The notes beneath the pieces are model-generated. The model saw only the letters and a list, made by a program, of their open reading frames with translations, searched no databases and had not been told where the DNA came from. Below, piece after piece: positions 61,454 to 64,000 of a stretch of 64,000 nt of DNA. The position numbers and the translations under genes are program-made. How positions within the stretch are numbered: the first letter of the stretch is position 1; every line of letters begins with the position of its first letter. This stretch comes from Spirochaetales bacterium (GTDB lineage Bacteria > Spirochaetota > Spirochaetia > Treponematales > UBA12059): NCBI GenBank assembly GCA_016926955.1, contig JAFGNN010000046.1, positions 5,743-69,742 of the forward strand. Direction: 5' to 3'.

Positions 61454-62125
61454 ATGAGCGGCGAACTCTCCGAGGCGCTCGGCGCCTACCGCTCCGGCGA
61501 CTGGGAACTGGCCCTGGAAACGCTCTCCCGGGCGGAGACTTCGGGGGAGAACCAGGTCGGTTCGGCCTATCTCATCGGTCTCTGCCACGCCCGCCTCCGC
61601 CACTGGGACGAGGCGCTCCTCTACCTGGAACAGGTCGTGACCGGTGACGATGACCGCGAGCGCGTCAACCAATGCAGGCTCGCGCTGGCATGGGTCTACG
61701 CGGAGACCGGGCGGACCCGGCTCGCGGAATACGAGCTGGGAAGGCTGCGCGAGGCCGGCGACGAGTCGGTCGCCATGTGGGCGACCCTCGGCTACGCTGC
61801 GTTCGCCCAGGGCAAGCTGGAGGAAGCGGCCAGCAGTTACGAGGCTGCACTCAAGATCGATCCGGAGAACCCGAACGCGCTCAACGGGCTCGGCTACGTG
61901 CTCGCGTGCGCCGGGCGCGAATTGCCTCGCGCGCTCACCTGCTGCCGCAAGGCGGTCGATCTTGCACCGGACCGCCCCGCCTACCTGGACAGCCTCGGCT
62001 GGACCTACCACGTCCTCGGGATGACCCGGGAAGCCTCGATCCACCTGGCCAGGGCCGCGGAACTCGACCCGGACAGCGCCGAAATCGCGACCCACCTCGA
62101 GGCGCTGAAGGAAGGAAGCAAGTGA
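61454..62125 (+). CDS. TPR-repeat protein
   Basis: Several TPR units (e.g. AAFAQGKLEEAASSYEAALKIDPENPNALNGLGYVL). No signal peptide seen. Confidence 0.8.
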   Translation: MSGELSEALGAYRSGDWELALETLSRAETSGENQVGSAYLIGLCHARLRHWDEALLYLEQVVTGDDDRERVNQCRLALAWVYAETGRTRLAEYELGRLREAGDESVAMWATLGYAAFAQGKLEEAASSYEAALKIDPENPNALNGLGYVLACAGRELPRALTCCRKAVDLAPDRPAYLDSLGWTYHVLGMTREASIHLARAAELDPDSAEIATHLEALKEGSK

Positions 62126-64000
62126 CCCGATACCGCGCGCGGCTGCGCACCCTTGTCCTCGCCCTCGCGGCCCTCGTCACCGCGCGCGGCGGCTTCGCCC
62201 AGTTCGCCCACGACATCGACTCGGTCCGCGCCGCCGAAGACTTCAGGCTCGGCGTTCAGGCTTACCATCGCGGAAGGCTGGCCGAATCGACCTTGTTGTT
62301 CGAACGGGCGCTCGCCTCTGAGGCGGACGATCCGCTGATACTGTCCTGGCTCGGTCGCGCCTATTACCGGCAGGGCTACGAGGCGACCGCGCTGGCCGCC
62401 TGGGATGAGGCCCTCGCGCTGGGTGGACCCGTCATAGCCCTCGAAGCGTTCGCCGAATACGTAAGGACGCGCAGGGGAGTCGGGACCGACGATTCAGGCC
62501 GTGCCATGGTCGTCGCCGGAACGATTGCGGGCATCGACGGTCGGGACCGGCGTTTCGCGCGGCCCACGTGGATCTCGGCGGCGGCTGACGGAAGCGTGCT
62601 CGCGGTTGCCTTCGGATCGAACGAAGTGCTCCGCTTCGACGTCAACGGGCTTTTGACCGCGAGGATGAGGGGAGGGCTTCGAGGTTACGACAGGCCGTTT
62701 TCGCTGGCTCCCTTGCCGGACGGCGGATTCGTGCTGGCGGAATTCGGCTCTGACCGGATATCGGTATGCGACAAGTACGGAAACGTGACCGCGGTCTTCG
62801 GGGAAGGGGACGGCGATGAACGCCTGTCCGGTCCCCAATACGTGGCCAGGGACAGTGACGGCTACCTGTATGTGAGCGATTACGGAAACAGCAGGGCGGT
62901 CAAATTCGGCCCGGACGGACGCTTCCTCTTCGAGTTCGGCAAGGCTGACGCATCGGGCGGCGGCCTCGGGGCGCCTTCCGGGATCGCGCTGCTCGGAGAC
63001 CTGGTCTATGTCGCGGATCGCTCGGGACCATCCATCGAGGTTTTCGACCTGTCCGGCAATCACCTCGAAAGCCTGGTTCCCGTCGGGCTGTCTTCGCCGG
63101 AAGGCATTTCCGTGGACGGCGGACGCCTTCTCGTGGCGGACGGTGGCCGCGTCATGGCCATCGATCCATCCTCGCTCGCGGTGACCGAGCTCCATGCGAG
63201 CGCCAGGAAAGGCTCGCGCCTGCTCTCGGCCGCTTTCGACGCGAACCGCAACCTGGTCGTGGCCGATTTCGACGCATCGCTCATCGAAGTGCTCGTCGCT
63301 CCATCCACGGTGTACTCGGGCTGGCGCGTCGAGGCCGGTCGCGTCGATACGAGCAGGTTTCCGCGCGTCGAAGCCGAGATCCTCGTCGGCGACGCGGACG
63401 GCAGGCCGGTTGTCGGTCTGGCCGAGGGAAATTTCCATGTGACGGAGCTCGTGACGAGCGAGGAAATCCGCAACGAAGGCGGAAAGGATGTCGCCTATCG
63501 CGTCGAGATGATGCGCAGTGTCGAGGAGTTCGAGCTCATCGACGCCGAAAGCGACGAGGATCCGCTCGACCTAGCCTTCCTGGTGGAACGTTCGCCCGAG
63601 GCGGAACGCCTCGCGTCCGAAACCCGTGCGGTAGTGGGCGAACTCGCCGGAGAGCTCCGCTCGACCGATCGGGCTATCCTGGTGGAGGCGGCGGCCAATC
63701 CGGCGCTCTCGCACGAGGGGGTCGGCCCCGAGCTGATCCGCCTGGCGGCCAGGGGGCTCCCGGCCGCACGCGACTGGCGCTTCGATCTGGCCGTGCGCCT
63801 CGCCGCGTCCTCGCTCGCCTCGGGAACGGGAAAGCCATCCATCCTCTATGTCGGCTCGGGCAGCGTCAACGAGGGCACCCTCGGCCGAACGGCGCTTTCC
63901 GAGCTGGTCGCCCTGCTCCGGAACAACGGCATCCGCTTCGACGCTATCGTCCTGGGGGACAAGGAGCCCGACGCCGCCCTGTCGTATATCGTAGGCGAAA
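62122..64000 (+). CDS. Secreted TPR / NHL-repeat beta-propeller / vWA-like protein, 3' end outside the window
   Basis: It is not in the ORF track because there is no stop in the window. GTG 62122 overlaps the upstream stop (GTGA). My translation gives signal peptide RTLVLALAALVTARGGFAQ, one TPR-like unit, NHL-type repeats (PQYVARDSDGYLYVSDYGNSRAVKF, PSGIALLGDLVYVADR, PEGISVDGGRLLVAD), then a LAFLVERS...ILYVGSGS region resembling a vWA fold. Confidence 0.72.
   Translation, partial: MTRYRARLRTLVLALAALVTARGGFAQFAHDIDSVRAAEDFRLGVQAYHRGRLAESTLLFERALASEADDPLILSWLGRAYYRQGYEATALAAWDEALALGGPVIALEAFAEYVRTRRGVGTDDSGRAMVVAGTIAGIDGRDRRFARPTWISAAADGSVLAVAFGSNEVLRFDVNGLLTARMRGGLRGYDRPFSLAPLPDGGFVLAEFGSDRISVCDKYGNVTAVFGEGDGDERLSGPQYVARDSDGYLYVSDYGNSRAVKFGPDGRFLFEFGKADASGGGLGAPSGIALLGDLVYVADRSGPSIEVFDLSGNHLESLVPVGLSSPEGISVDGGRLLVADGGRVMAIDPSSLAVTELHASARKGSRLLSAAFDANRNLVVADFDASLIEVLVAPSTVYSGWRVEAGRVDTSRFPRVEAEILVGDADGRPVVGLAEGNFHVTELVTSEEIRNEGGKDVAYRVEMMRSVEEFELIDAESDEDPLDLAFLVERSPEAERLASETRAVVGELAGELRSTDRAILVEAAANPALSHEGVGPELIRLAARGLPAARDWRFDLAVRLAASSLASGTGKPSILYVGSGSVNEGTLGRTALSELVALLRNNGIRFDAIVLGDKEPDAALSYIVGE

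Overview
GC-rich bacterial chromosome segment with strong G/C at third codon positions, so long spurious antisense ORFs are common. It is densely packed with core housekeeping genes. Many adjacent genes overlap by 4 or 8 nt (ATGA/GTGA), which suggests translational coupling. I recognise no CRISPR array, IS element, integrase, prophage, toxin-antitoxin or known defence genes.

Gene order:
- LytR_C fragment, rsfS, a hyper-acidic small ORF, ispE, spoVG, tRNA-Gln, rplY(ctc), tilS, ftsH, a secreted TPR/Ca-loop protein, and an HtrA-like lipoprotein protease.
- A chemosensory operon: STAS-cheA-cheR-cheB-cheY-cheW plus three extra two-component genes.
- A NitT/TauT-type ABC importer, mcsA-mcsB-clpC, an NFACT/RqcH-like gene, secA, a lipoprotein, nnr, two small membrane proteins, and a NUDIX gene.
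- The minus-strand array tig-clpP-clpX-lon-xseA-xseB.
- A five-tRNA operon (His-Arg-Lys-Leu-Gly).
- An lnt / 125-aa ORF / radical-SAM operon.
- coaD, rpmF-acpP-rnc, an M19 dipeptidase, cca, thiamine pyrophosphokinase, a HIT protein, gltX, glnS, an orphan E2-type acyltransferase domain, a HEAT-repeat protein plus a lipoprotein, galK, surE, a TPR protein, and a TPR/NHL/vWA-like protein that runs off the window.

Gene content (Lnt with SpoVG, McsAB-ClpC, RqcH and GlnRS) points to a diderm lineage, possibly spirochaete-like. I cannot verify taxonomy from this window.

I see no convincing self-contained novel system. The observations most worth a second look are:
- a tandem MshEN-like (c-di-GMP-binding-type) motif inside CheA;
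- the polyanionic small protein;
- a radical-SAM gene whose conserved N-terminus has no canonical start codon;
- an E2-like acyltransferase with the catalytic His replaced by Glu;
- a che operon carrying an appended phosphorelay and an internal structured gap;
- apparent leaderless promoters;
- an unexplained 134-nt spacer inside the tRNA operon.
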